Source of the DNA: Octopus bimaculoides
Lineage: Eukaryota
Assembly: GCF_001194135.2 (NCBI RefSeq)
Contig: NC_068982.1
Span: 151,181,308-151,245,307 of the forward strand
Length of the DNA: 64,000 nucleotides
Direction of reading: 5' to 3'
The translations under genes were made by a program, and so were the position numbers. Positions 12,271-25,588 of the stretch are shown in pieces. Position 1 is the stretch's first letter, and each line of letters opens with the position of its first letter. The notes under the pieces are model-generated. The model searched no databases and was not told the origin of the DNA. It saw only the letters and a list, made by a program, of their open reading frames with translations.

Positions 12271-13246
12271 CCTCTTTTTACCAGAGAATGACAGTCGCAG
12301 ACGCAATGAAGTGAGATAAGAGAAACGGAAAACATTGGAGGATATCCACCAGAATTCTTCCCATCATCATTGTAGTGAATTCAATATAAATTCAAAAAAT
12401 TTTTGCGGTGATGATGAGCAAGTTAATGAACTGCTAAAGAAATATGAACTTTTTTGTTTCTGAATAAAAAAAAATGCAAGCAAAAAAAAAACAAACTCTG
12501 CGCTTAGTCTCATACCTCATGGGAAACAAAAAGAATTGTGTTTTCTTCATTTTAGTATCCTTGCATTTGATATAGAGTCAATTAGCTTCAATTTTTTATG
12601 CTTTTGTCTCTCATTTTTGAAACCTTTTCAGTTCTCAGGAGATATTGGATACCAGAAACAACATATTCCTGAATTTAGCCACATACATACATGGGTAAAT
12701 GCCATCCAATGTCTTCTTCATCTTTTTCAATAAGACAAGTGTGATCTCAGGGAGATTTAAGTGTTCTTTTAGCTGGTCGGGTGACGGCATCCAGGTCATT
12801 GTGCTGCTATGTCAATTGGTAAATGTGGAGAATTTCGGCGCAACTTCGAAGAAACTCTGATGTATAAAAATATGGTTTAATTGAAATACCGAAACGAAAA
12901 CGGAATATTATTTAGCATTGCAGTGGTCACAAACACAGAAAGTTCGTAATTTGTGCTGTCATTACGTCGTATAGTTAAATACTTATAAATTACCTAAATG
13001 TTTTTCTCTCTCCTCTATACTTGCTTTCAAAAATTGACGTACTATTTCGCTTTGTAATAAGCAATATTTCGTTTTCGTCACGATAACCGTAACACACACA
13101 TACACACACAGGTGTGTGTGTATGTGTGTAGTTTGTTTAGTACCAATGCACGAAACTCGCGGTCCTCGAGTTACTCTCTAGCTTCTGCCTGTTAATAATG
13201 ATATACCCATACATCGAGTTCTGTTTTCGTGCTTGTATCGCCAACC

Positions 13247-13271
13247 CTACATACATACATACATACATACA

Positions 13272-13300
<29 letters not shown>
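13247..13300. repeat. (TACA)n microsatellite
   Basis: Direct reading. Confidence 0.95.
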
Positions 13301-13304
<4 letters not shown>

Positions 13305-13339
13305 GGATTTTTTTGTCGACAATTAGACTGCCAAAAGGC

Positions 13340-15874
13340 TACCTTTCTCCCCATCAGCCGTCTCAGAGAGGATTATGAGCCTACGGATACCAATCGTGAA
13401 TAACCAACATCTGACCCTCGTCAACGAGCATGCTTCAACAATGACCTACTGTAGGAGCTCTGTATCATCAACATGTTCTTTGATCAGCCAACCAGATTTA
13501 TTTCACGTGGAAACTGCTCGGTCCGATCACTATGATCAATTGGACTATGTCGTTACCCAGAAGATTGGGCTGTAGGACATCCTGTGCGCGAAGGCCATGC
13601 TTAGGGTGGAATGTTCAACTCACCACTACCTTGTGAGGAATCAAATGAGACCCAGGTTCAACCTGGCCGGAGAAAGATCCCAACCAGCACAAAGCCAAAG
13701 CAGCTTGACGTCAGCAATCTAGCAAATGGGAAACACTGTCGGAGACTGACTACTGCTGTCACGGCTACGGTCGAGTGCAGGGCAGCCAACTCAGACGGAA
13801 TGGATGGCATCGAGGAGTATTGGCAAATGTTAAAAAATCAGTCTTGTCTGATGTGAAACACCTGCATAAAACACCCGATTAGTTCTGGGAGCACTGAGAG
13901 GAGATCCAGAAGCTGCTTGACGGAAAGCAACAACCACACCAGTGACAACTGCAGAACTCGGAGAGAAGCAGTGTCACTTTTGCTGAAATCAAGTCCAAAG
14001 TGCAGAGAGAAGTGAAATCGCTGAAGAATGATTGGTGGTGCAGGTAGGCAGATGCTCTGCAGAGCATGGCTGACATGCACAACTACCATGGGCTGTTTAC
14101 AGGAGTGAAAGCTATCTATGGCCCCCAGGAGTAACGCAGTAACACCAATCAAGTCTTCAGACGGGAGCCAACTGCACTCCGACCTCTAAAAGGTCGGAGC
14201 TAGGTGGAAGGAACAATTTCTGTAACCTCTTCGATTAGCAAGGATCAGGATCCGTTCAACCAGCTAAGGCGGCACCAGAGTCGAGATTACCCCTGTCTTG
14301 AGATCGCTATGCGGGAGCTGGTGAAAGCCTTAAAGGCTAGACTATGTCGCGAAGCACCAGACCAGGATGGTACTCACTCACTCGTGCTCAGAAAAGGTGG
14401 GCAAAATCTCCGTATTGAGCTGTTGAAACTGTACAACGCTTGTCTTCCTAATGAGTGTATATCCTAGGACCTCAAGGATGCCCTGATAGTCATTATTTAT
14501 AGAAAGAAAGGTGATCAAGCGGAATGTAGGGATCACCGGGACGTTACTTTGTTGGTCATTGCTGGCAAAGTGTTAGCGAAAATCATTTTCAACCGGTTGA
14601 AAAACATGTCAGATTAGGTCTTACTAGAGACTGAATGTAGCTTCAGATCAAGGACATTAACCACAACGGACATGAACTTTTCAAGCAGTTTCTCACAAGA
14701 ATGAAAGGACGAGTCTCAGTTGGTGTAGAATTTAGTGAAGCGTTTCCATTCAACCATGGTGTGAAGCAAGGGTACGTGCTTGCCCTCGCACTTTTCTCTC
14801 TCTAACTTGCAGCTGTGCTTGACACCATGCTAACCAATCCGCACCAGAACAGATGGAAAGCTCTTCAACTTGGTCCGTCTTCGTGCCTCCAGCAAAAGCT
14901 GGGAAATTTGTGTCTCCACGGAGATGATACAGCGCTCATGGCCAACAACATAGAGGACATGCAACACGTTGTGGGCCGGTTTTCTTGTGCAGTAGATATG
15001 TTTGGTCTGAAGATCAACACTTCTAAGACTGAGCTACCCCACCAGCCTCCACTAAAATGTCATATAGATGATAGTAGCCTAGTCAGTGTCGCTACATGGA
15101 GAGCCCCTAAAGTACACCGAGGCCTTTACCTATCTCGACAGCGCAGTGGCTTGTATTAATTCTTCTTACTTCGAAGTTGAGAGGCGAATACAGTCTGCCA
15201 CAAAGGCTTTTAGCTCACTCGAGAAGCGTCAATGGATCTGCACTGATATTGCTTGTAACACGAAGAAAAAGGTGTATAGTGCCACAGTGCTCTCTTGCAT
15301 CTTCAACACCACGGAATGCTTGTCTTTCTACCTCAGGCACAATAAATCCCGGACGCAATCCAACTTTACCATCTGCTCTCCATTTGCATATCAGATGACG
15401 GGATCACATTCCCGATGTAGAAGTTCTGCGCTGCGCTAGCTCAGTTAATGTGGATGCTCTAATCAACACTGGTCAAGACATGCTTGCAGGATGGAGGGCG
15501 GCATGCTCCCAAAGGCAGATTTTTACGCTGAACTGCATCAATGCACGAGGAGCCGTGGTGGCCGGAGGTTGCGACAGAGGAGAAGAGATATATGAAGAAC
15601 TCCGGCGTTCTCCAGACACACGGGAGAAGTAGGCTCTGCGGCGCGATAAATACACCGATCGCTGAAACTTTTAATTCTAGTCATTGAAGAGAAACAACAG
15701 AAAGAATACGAAAAAACACATAAGGGGCAACACTTTTCAGTTGCGGGAAGTAACTTCACTTGCAGCATATGCCATCGTTGCTGTAGATCAATAGCAGGCC
15801 TTGTAGCCCATTTACGAGCCTGCCAGTGATGATTTCTGAACAGAACAGTCAATGTCGACCTACGACGGATACTC

Positions 15875-15940
<66 letters not shown>
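13340..15940 (+). mobile_element. RTE-clade LINE (BovB-like), decayed, 5'-truncated, with internal RT deletion and (GAT)n tail
   Basis: APE motifs (IMSLRIPIVNNQHLTL, QLDYVVT); RT motifs (DALIVIIYRKKGD..C.DHR..TLL..AGKVLAKII.NRL, GVKQG, HGDDTAL, FGLKINTSKTE, FTYL.S, RIQSATKAF); C-terminal CSICHRCCRSIAGLVAHLRACQ*; (GAT)n at about 15876-15939. Confidence 0.92.
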
Positions 15941-16004
15941 ATATATATATATCTCCGACGCTACTCTATCTCTTTCTCTTTCTCTTTCTTTTCTCCCCCC
16001 CTCG

Positions 16005-16116
16005 TTCTTCCTCTGTACTACTACGTATCTCGCCTTACCCCTCTTGTTCTTCCTCTGTACTACTACGTATCTCGCCTTACCCCTCTTGTTCTTCCTCTGT
16101 TACTACTACGTATCTC
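16005..16116. repeat. 42-bp minisatellite, about 2.7 copies
   Basis: ttcttcctctgtactactacgtatctcgccttacccctcttg starts at 16005, 16047 and 16089. Confidence 0.9.
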
Positions 16117-16175
16117 TTTTTTCCCCCTCGTATTTCCTCTTTTTCTTTTTTCCTCTCGTTGCTCACCATTCGTCT

Positions 16176-16903
16176 NNNNNNNNNNNNNNNNNNNNNNNNN
16201 NNNNNNNNNNNNNNNNNNNNNNNNNNNNNNNNNNNNNNNNNNNNNNNNNNNNNNNNNNNNNNNNNNNNNNNNNNNNNNNNNNNNNNNNNNNNNNNNNNNN
16301 NNNNNNNNNNNNNNNNNNNNNNNNNNNNNNNNNNNNNNNNNNNNNNNNNNNNNNNNNNNNNNNNNNNNNNNNNNNNNNNNNNNNNNNNNNNNNNNNNNNN
16401 NNNNNNNNNNNNNNNNNNNNNNNNNNNNNNNNNNNNNNNNNNNNNNNNNNNNNNNNNNNNNNNNNNNNNNNNNNNNNNNNNNNNNNNNNNNNNNNNNNNN
16501 NNNNNNNNNNNNNNNNNNNNNNNNNNNNNNNNNNNNNNNNNNNNNNNNNNNNNNNNNNNNNNNNNNNNNNNNNNNNNNNNNNNNNNNNNNNNNNNNNNNN
16601 NNNNNNNNNNNNNNNNNNNNNNNNNNNNNNNNNNNNNNNNNNNNNNNNNNNNNNNNNNNNNNNNNNNNNNNNNNNNNNNNNNNNNNNNNNNNNNNNNNNN
16701 NNNNNNNNNNNNNNNNNNNNNNNNNNNNNNNNNNNNNNNNNNNNNNNNNNNNNNNNNNNNNNNNNNNNNNNNNNNNNNNNNNNNNNNNNNNNNNNNNNNN
16801 NNNNNNNNNNNNNNNNNNNNNNNNNNNNNNNNNNNNNNNNNNNNNNNNNNNNNNNNNNNNNNNNNNNNNNNNNNNNNNNNNNNNNNNNNNNNNNNNNNNN
16901 NNN
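16176..16903. other. Assembly gap
   Basis: N run. Other gaps: 22352-22701, 25589-26382, 27650-27721, 34942-34951, 36932-37277, 49965-49974, 50360-51059, 60837-60846. Confidence 1.
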
Positions 16904-17979
16904 ATATATATATATATATATATATATAGCATAATGTAAAATATGTATACACACACATAGTGTATGCGATATGTAGCCAAGCTGTCTGTCAGTCAGGTCA
17001 GTATAGCTTGCATCAATTTCACTTTCGCAAAACACCTTCATGTCGATAAGTATCCTAGATTAGGACTTGATTTTTTTCCTATGTTTTCTTTCTTTACATA
17101 TCTGTTAGATGTCCTGTTTGTTTGCTGTTATGTTTTTGTCTATTAATATTGACATTCAATATTAATCATTTGGGCATATATGCTAAATCTAACCGAGAAG
17201 TCAAAATATTTGAAATTTCAAAATTACTTTAATTTTTAAAAATAGGTTTAGAATCACATAAAAGCATATGGCAACAAAATTTTTATGAAAATTTACTAAA
17301 ATTAGAATTTTGAAGAAGTTTTTCTATTTTATCCATACTTGTAATAAAAATAGCTAATTAAAAACAATGAATAAACACAATAAATAGCTAAATAAAAACA
17401 ATGAAAATAGCTAAATAAAAACAAAAATTTAATGTATATTTCACCTCTTTATGTTTTTGAAATTCTCATTTATCCTTAAACTAATAGTTATGACTTGTAC
17501 TTTTGTTTGCATAAACATTATGAAAACACTAACCAGAGGCAAGAAATTTACAAACATTGAGAATTACGATGAAGTTTATAATTTATACAAATCAGTGTAT
17601 TTATACTGATAAGTGTACACTATTTGATAAAATTACACATGCATTTTGTATGTACAACCTAAGTGCATAAACATTGCGAAAAGATTTACTTCAAGGCGTG
17701 TTCTTTACGCCTGCAAGCGAGAAACAAATGCTGAATCAGAAGTGAATCAGGAATCAATAAATTCAAAGATGGAGACGCGTAGCGATAAGATTCGTTTTCT
17801 TATTTGACTGTGTAGTTGATAACGGCATTAAAAAAGAACTATGCCTAGCTACATTTTCATGAAAATATATCGTTGGAATCTGATTTTTTAAAATTTTATT
17901 CTTGACTTAAAAGAAAAACTTTGGTTCAGTAAAAGTTACCTCGACTTATTACTATTTCTTCATTGCCTTTCTCTATTAT

Positions 17980-18530
17980 TATTATTGAGTGAGAGAGCAG
18001 AGCATGCCATCAAAGTGACACTGGGGTAAAATATACGAAGCCCATTATACCCATCATGACTACTCGTCTGATAAGGGTACATCAGGCACATGCATCACAA
18101 CCATGTGTGCGCGACATGGTGATCTCATATCAAGATAAACAGCGCATGACCTTGCAGGTGGGACCCAGTTACAATCTTCCTCAGATCGAGTATCCCTTCC
18201 CGCTCAAAAGGTCTCTGAATAAGAGTTCTTTAAGGATGTTGGACGAAACATTCATGTTTCCAGAGGTGAATCATCCAAACCTCGAAGAATTCCTCTGAAC
18301 ACATGGCTATGATGCTCCCTACTACTTCTGCTCGTGATGAGAGATGCACATATCGTCAGCCACTAAGAGACATGCTCAACAGATTCAGGTCAAAGAACTG
18401 ACAAGCAAGTCTGTGGTATTGAGCAGAATATTTGGTGTAGCCCATCTTTTATACCAATACAAAACAATGTACATGATAACACTTCCAATTACTTAAGATC
18501 AGAAACCATGAGAGCCACTATCTGGTACAT
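17980..18530 (-). mobile_element. Unclassified retroposon 3' region ending in an (AAT)n tail
   Basis: GC-richer island ending ctctctcactcaataataat on the minus strand; resembles an abundant octopus interspersed repeat (recollection); no coding motif. Confidence 0.4.
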
Positions 18531-18540
18531 TATCATTGCT

Positions 18541-18711
18541 CTTCTTCTTCTTCTTCTTCTTCTTCTTCTTCTTCTTCTTCTTCTTCTTCTTCTTCTTCTT
18601 CTTCTTCTTCTTCTTCTTCTTCTTCTTCTTCTTCTTCTTCTTCTTCTTCTTCTTCTTCTTCTTCTTCTTCTTCTTCTTCTTCTTCTTCTTCTTCTTCTTC
18701 TTCTTCTTCTT
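18541..18711. repeat. Uninterrupted (CTT)57 / (GAA)57
   Basis: Counted from the sequence. Confidence 0.97.
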
Positions 18712-18810
18712 GTCTTTGCACAGCTTCTAACACTAGAGATGTACTAAGGTGCCAGCTGTTCACTATTAGGAGCACCATCCGGAGTATCCGAGCGGTTCGA
18801 AGCAGTGCTG
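18712..18810 (-). mobile_element. Extreme C-terminal fragment of a second R4/Dong-like RLE element
   Basis: Minus strand TALLRTARILRMVL resembles the R4-clade terminal motif ALLGTARILR.VL and runs into (GAA)n. Confidence 0.55.
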
Positions 18811-19304
18811 TATGTATATATATATATATATATTCCATATAAGAAAAATCTTTCAGTTTACTTTGACCCTTCATAATTTTATAGAAGGCATAGTGTTTGT
18901 AGGAATATATTATCCTTAGTTCTCCCTTTTTAGTACAGGTAAAATCTATTTTAAGGTGCGAATTTTAAGGTCCAAACCATATTATAAATCTGAAAACATC
19001 AGTAAACATTAAAGAATTGACAATTTACAAAGTAAAATACTTTCAAAATATTCAAAGCAAACGGAAATTTAATTAATACCTACAAGAATAAAAAGCAAGA
19101 AAATATGAAGGAAGATGTATGATTTTCAGATTCTTGATAGAATGTTATACCTAACAAATTCTCTAAATAGAAGTTTGGCATTAGATGGACGGTAGGTGAG
19201 GCTTTAATAGTCTTCTCTATATTTTCCTCACAATAATAATATTAAATAAATGATTAAAATATAATTTTTCTCCTACAATTCTTTTCCTTTACTTATATTA
19301 CTGC

Positions 19305-19305
19305 G

Positions 19306-19379
<74 letters not shown>

Positions 19380-19380
19380 A
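19305..19380. repeat. (CAA)n(CTA)n compound trinucleotide repeat
   Basis: Direct reading. Confidence 0.95.
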
Positions 19381-20976
19381 TCGATTATTATTATATATAT
19401 TTGCCAATCATATTTCTCTTATTTACCAATTATTTGTCGAGTTTTGGCCAAGAATAAATACCAAAGGTGGCAGAGAATGTCACTAACGTTTAGAAATCAC
19501 AGGTTAGCAATTAATTCGTCCTAATCATGTAGTCGATCACTCCTTTTCACAACAATGCAATGCAATGTATGTATGTATGTATGGATGGATGGATGGATGT
19601 ACTAAGTAAGATTAATGGAATGATGAAGGGAACAGGAATTGCGTAATAATCTTCTTTGGCTTACAGCTAAAAGAAACAGTGAACAAATGTAATCGGCGAT
19701 GCTTGTTTAATGTGGCAAAGTAACATGAAGCAGTGAAATAGTTTGATGTCATTTAAACAGAGATTAGGCTGCGAATTCCAACGCCTTTAATTACCGCGTG
19801 TAGAATTTATTATTTTGCTTATATTTACATATACATACATAAGACAGTAGTGCGTGATTCGAAGGAAATTTGTCTGTTATTTTTAACATACTGAAACAAT
19901 TGTAGTCGTTTTCCACGTTGAATCACATACATGAAAATACGATGGTCTATGAATGATTATAGATGGTGCAGTGATAATTATTTAGCAACTCATTAAATAA
20001 ACGTTTAAAGATGATTGGACAGGGAGTGTTACTTTTCAAACTTACTGGAATCTGTTGCCTAAAAACAACTGACTGTCGATGAAAAACTAGAAACATTAAA
20101 AATGAGTCGAAACCGGATTAAGACTAAATAACATAATTCGTTAATACACATGGAGATAAATATAATAATTCCAATGAAGGGAAAATAATGGTTTTAGAAA
20201 TTAAGATCTTAAGAAAAATATGTCGTAGAAATATGAAGCCAAGGGCGAAAGAATATCCAAAAAAACAAGTAAATAATGAATAAATAAGTTTGCCAAAATA
20301 AAGTGAGAGTGGAGAATTCAAACCAGGCAGCGAAGAAACTGAAAGAGAAAAACGTGAAAAAGATAACAAAAAGAAAATAAAAAATAATAAAAAATGTAAT
20401 GGCAGTTCGTATGAAATATATGGATACCGGACCAAAACAAATACGTTTATATGTTCATAGAAGAGATTGAAGCAATTAGAAAACATGCATTAGATAGGGA
20501 AATTAGACAGATTAAGTTCTAAAGGTATGCACCAAGCACCCCACCCCAAGAAAGATAGAAACCGGATGCGCAAACACAGGAAAAACTGATCAAACTAAAT
20601 CGGACGAAATCCAATTTCGAAATATGTGAGATCAAGCAAAAAGGTATTCGGGATTAAATGAAAAAAATCAATGAAATCAGTTCAAAGCTAGAGTGATAAT
20701 TTTAGAAATGAGTAATAAGATAAACGTGTATATCCTATAATCTGGTCGATGAACTTAATGGCTTCCATGCAAAGGGCTAAAAGCAAAAGGTAAAAAGTTA
20801 AAAGCAAAACTCTTCTAGAATTATATATTGTGATTGAATGTGACGGTCAGAAACAAGCAATATAATTTCAATAATACGAAAAGAAAAACGAAACAAAACA
20901 AAAACAAAAATACATTCAACATATTCGAAATAATAAAAATAATAAAACATGTAATACACACACAAACACACACGCA

Positions 20977-21055
<79 letters not shown>

Positions 21056-21249
21056 TTCACACACAGACTCACATTAAAAGGTAATATTGCTCTCCAACTT
21101 AACGTGAAAGTTGTATTAGAACACAGAATATTGCGTTATTTACTTTAAGAGTATCTCTGTCATAAGGATACGTGATGCATAAAAGCATACGTAAAAATAG
21201 GGCAAGATTATTTTTTGGTATTAATACTGCCGCTATATTAATAATATAT

Positions 21250-22130
21250 TCTATAAGCTTCAGCTCAAGGTCCGGTGTTGCTCCGCCTTCATTAATCCTT
21301 CTTTAATAGCTGGCGTTTGGCGAACGAAGAAGTTTGATGCGGCATCCTTCATTTCCACTTACTGCCGTGAAGTTGGCTGATCTGGGACTCTTGACAGTAG
21401 GAGATCCAGTTTAGTTCTGAAGACATCTGCATCCACTCTATGTAGGTCTCCCAGCTCCATCAGGAGGATATTGAAGAGTTGTGGACCTTTGAAACTCAAG
21501 CTGTTGCAGTACCTGGTCCTGTATTTTGACAGCAGAAGAGGGATCTTAGGCATTATGCAATGCCATTCTGTTCTGGAGTTTCTATAACTTTCAACGTCAA
21601 ACTTTGGGGCAAGTTCCTTCAAGATCTTCCAGATGTATATTGTAGCATATCTTTCTCACTTTCCTTTCAGGACGTAAAGTCTTAACTTTTTTCTGCCTTG
21701 CATTTAACGTTGTCTGTGGATGGCTTTGTGCTTGAAACTTTCCAGTGTCAAACTGAATGTCATTGTCGTCAGCTCACTTGTATATTGCATCTAACTCTTG
21801 CTACAGGTGCATGCCATCTGCAGGGCTTTGTATTACATGTGAAACTTGTGTGTCGTTTGCATAGCTTCTGAAAGTGGTTCTCTATGTAGATGAAGGAATA
21901 TCTGAGAGGGCCGATATGTATAGTAGTGGCCCAAAGATAGCACCATGTGGGACTCTACTCACTATTTGTATTTCCTTGGAGGTAGCTCCATTCACTACCA
22001 TTGCCAGACTTCTATCTTTCAAAACGTCCTGTAGCCACTCTCCAACTTTTCAAACTATGACGCGGTCAAGCAGTCTGTGATATATCATTCCACGATCGAC
22101 TTTATCGAAGGCCTTCGCAAAATCGAAATT
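21250..22130 (-). mobile_element. CR1/L2-type LINE 3' portion, decayed with internal deletion
   Basis: DFAKAFDKVD, VNG..S..I.S.VPHG.IFGPLL, SYANDT, FDTGKF; then IYIWKILK, SLSFKGPQLFNIL, F.TKLD..LSRVPDQP. Confidence 0.9.
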
Positions 22131-22319
22131 TATTAATTTGATTCAGGTCCCTTTTAGTGTATATGTTTTCATTCATGTGCATTAACACAAGCATTAGAAC
22201 ATTTTAGTTCGTATTTCTAGCAATGTAGGTATTTCTTAACACCCTAGTTACATTTAGCGACAATTGTACTGGTCCCTTTTCGTGAAACATTGCAACCTGG
22301 TGCTTATATTAATTTTATG

Positions 22320-22351
<32 letters not shown>

Positions 22352-22701
22352 NNNNNNNNNNNNNNNNNNNNNNNNNNNNNNNNNNNNNNNNNNNNNNNNN
22401 NNNNNNNNNNNNNNNNNNNNNNNNNNNNNNNNNNNNNNNNNNNNNNNNNNNNNNNNNNNNNNNNNNNNNNNNNNNNNNNNNNNNNNNNNNNNNNNNNNNN
22501 NNNNNNNNNNNNNNNNNNNNNNNNNNNNNNNNNNNNNNNNNNNNNNNNNNNNNNNNNNNNNNNNNNNNNNNNNNNNNNNNNNNNNNNNNNNNNNNNNNNN
22601 NNNNNNNNNNNNNNNNNNNNNNNNNNNNNNNNNNNNNNNNNNNNNNNNNNNNNNNNNNNNNNNNNNNNNNNNNNNNNNNNNNNNNNNNNNNNNNNNNNNN
22701 N

Positions 22702-22769
<68 letters not shown>

Positions 22770-22886
22770 ACATACGAGGATGGGATGACTATGAAGGAGT
22801 GATGATAGAGCTGTGAAATCTTGCATGCATTCATTTCCACATTTCTTATTACTAACTGCATTGTTTCTTTCCAGGTAAACAGACAT

Positions 22887-23192
22887 GCGTGAATATGGCT
22901 TTGAACTGGTTGGTCTCCCTCACTATTCTCCTGATTTGACCAGATCTGACTATCATCTGTTCCCCAACATAAACCATTGCTGGGAACCGGTATCGAAGTG
23001 AAGTCAATTCTGCTGCTGATGACATTTTTTTACCAACAGAATGAAAGCTTCTTCACTAATCAGATTCAAGCAGTGCAACACTGATGGAAGAAATGTGTGA
23101 CCCGCAAGGGGGAATCTGTCGAAAAATAAATCTCATTTGGTCATATTCCGCGAGAGTATCTTGACCAGCCACTAAACTTTTCAGCCCAGCCT
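22887..23192 (+). mobile_element. Mariner transposase C-terminus plus right TIR remnant
   Basis: GFEL..PHYSPDLTRSDYHLFPN (YSPDLAPSDY motif), WKKCV.RKG.SVEK*, then aacttttcagccc. Confidence 0.88.
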
Positions 23193-23374
23193 TTTATATG
23201 AACAATATAAGGTTTGATATGAGAGAGATTTGACTATTATTTCTGTTGCATCAGGAAAACAGCTAGAAGCATCGATGAAGTGTCGGAACAGGTAAATACA
23301 TACATACGTACATACATACATACATACATACATACATACATACATACATACATACATACATACGTACGTACGTA

Positions 23375-23810
23375 CATAGTGCATAAAAATCAATTTTGAG
23401 AAATTATGCTTCTCAAAACCAGAAAGGAGAAAGCTTATCCGAAGACTACAGATCCAATCCATCACCGGAACTGTGAAAATCTGTAAAACTTTCCAGAAGT
23501 TTATCATTTAAATATATATGAGCATGTCTAGTTATGCAACTATATGCATGGGGATATATACATAAACCATACAAATCTGCACATTCATAGATAGATAGAT
23601 AAATAGATAGATAGATACATACATACATACATACATACATACATACATGCATGCATGCATACATATATACATATATACATGCATACAAACAAAAATACCC
23701 TGTTGTTGATGTTGAAATTACAATGAAGAAGCCTTGGATCTTGGTTAGAAACCGGTTCTTTCTCTACTGGCAAGAAATCTTGAAATAAACTGAATAATGA
23801 CATACATACA
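23375..23810 (+). mobile_element. R4/Dong-like RLE element copy C: 5'-truncated ORF end plus 3'UTR, between (TACA)n tracts
   Basis: KLIRRLQIQSITGTVKICKTFQKFII* and a 3'UTR matching copy B (internal microsatellite, then aaaaataccctgttgttgat...gaaatcttgaaataaactgaataatga). Confidence 0.9.
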
Positions 23811-24384
23811 TACATACATTCATACACACACATACATACATACATACATACATACACACATACATACATGCATACATACATAAGCGTATGACGTAATTTC
23901 AAGCTTTTGGGAGATATATTTAGCTTGCATGCTTAAGAAATTTTGGGAATGTGAAATGCGACGATAGCTGACAGATAAATGATTAATTCTAACATGCTTC
24001 TGATTCTCTTTGCATTCAGATTTATTAAACCTCAGTAATAAAGGTCAGATAAATGAACAAATTGTGTTTATCATATACTTTAAGAAAGTTTCCAGTACTG
24101 AGTCATTAGTTTCCTGTTGTCTGCGCTCAACATGTTTGAGATCGCCCCTCTTCTAGTTCTTCCATACATACAATTTATTTAAAACTATGAATTCCTTCCC
24201 ATATATAATGTCAGTATCTTTAAACTTGTTCTTTTGCCGAGGTGTTTTACAGAGATTGAGTGAAAGCTACGTTATACCTATTTTTTAAACGTGGGCTTGT
24301 TATCTCGGTCACTTTTTACACAGCCATTCACCTATTAAATATTAAAAACGCCCTGTAAGATTTTATTCTTTCACATTATGTGAT

Positions 24385-24517
24385 GTATGTATGTATGTAT
24401 GTATGTATGTATGTATGTATGTATGTATGCATGCATGTATGCATGCATGTATGTATGTATGTATGTTTGCATGCATGCAAGTATGTATGTATAGATAGAT
24501 AGCTAGACAGCTAGAAT

Positions 24518-24550
<33 letters not shown>

Positions 24551-25190
24551 ATAGATAGATGGGCAGGTAACATTTCCGTCTCTCTAAATTAGTCAATTAT
24601 TTGTACTATGTACAGATTTTTGTATTCGATATCATTCACATATAAACAAAAGTAACTACATTGCGGTAAGTAATTTTTTCCGGTTTCTTTGGCATAAGTC
24701 ATAAATATGAACAGCTTTTTAACATGGCAGAATCGTTAGCATGCTGGGTGAAATGCTTAGCGGCATTTCGTCCGTCTTCACGTTTTGAGTTCAAATTCCA
24801 TCGATGTAATAATTACCAGCTGAGTACTGGGGTTGGTGTAATCAACTTACCGCTCCACTCGAAATTGCTGGCCTTGTGTCAAAATTTGAAATATATACGT
24901 GAATCTTTGTCGCTTTTGGCGGTGCTGACCTAACCGAGATTTAATATGATAATGTAGAAAATTTTATTGTTTTAACCTCAATAATAAATTAAAAGAATTT
25001 ATATAAAATTTATTCTGCATAGTTAATTTTCTTTGGCTCCTATCCTTCAAAACGTTTTCAATAAAAACATATTTAATCTTGCTATACAGTTCTATATCAA
25101 ATATAGGATTGTTTATTACGTCGGTGAATTTATTGAATTCCATTTTAACATATTTCTTTTAAGTTATCACTTTTATGGCACAGTACACGT
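24385..25190 (+). repeat. Local duplication, copy 1: (TATG)n(TAGA)n plus about 630 bp of unique-looking sequence
   Basis: Shared blocks with 26550-27300, e.g. ttcacatataaac.aaagtaact, ccgagatttaat..gataatgtagaa, ttgttttaacctcaataata, gtttattac.tcggtgaatt. Confidence 0.85.
24725..24893 (+). mobile_element. tRNA-derived SINE (family 2) with internal deletion
   Basis: tggcagaatcgttagc head, B-box GTTCAAATTCC, tail ggccttgtgtcaaaatttgaaa; same family as 47211 and 62487. Confidence 0.85.
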
Positions 25191-25550
25191 GTATGTATAT
25201 GCGCGAGCGCGTGCGTGTGTATACATACATATATATATTCACACACACACATATATATACACATACATACATATATACATGTGTACACATACACACACAC
25301 ATATATTGTTGTTTTTCGGGTTTGGTCAATGTTTTTTTTTTCCAAATAAACCACACGCACTATATGTTCGTTTTTCACTCGCTTATTCTAACTCTTGTCC
25401 ATTGTTCGGAAATCTTTCGTCACGTATCTCTGACCATTTCAGCAACACTTTCATGGACTAAGCAAAAAAGAATGACCATCCCGAAATACAAGAATATCTG
25501 TTTCAACACAGGGTTTCACATCAGGAATCTTGCAACACAAATTCATAAAA

Positions 25551-25588
<38 letters not shown>

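Noticed and set aside
12632-12818. Two possible plus-strand exons joining to ...YIHGWSGDG (lipase-like IHGW)
   Set aside because: Weak gtaaat donors, and the flanking residues do not fit the lipase pattern
14815-15439. RT-like ORFs as a functional reverse transcriptase gene
   Set aside because: Many stops and frameshifts plus an internal deletion; a dead RTE copy
15852-17041. Long ORFs containing X runs (also at 22.3, 25.2, 36.7 and 50.1 kb)
   Set aside because: Artefacts of reading through N gaps
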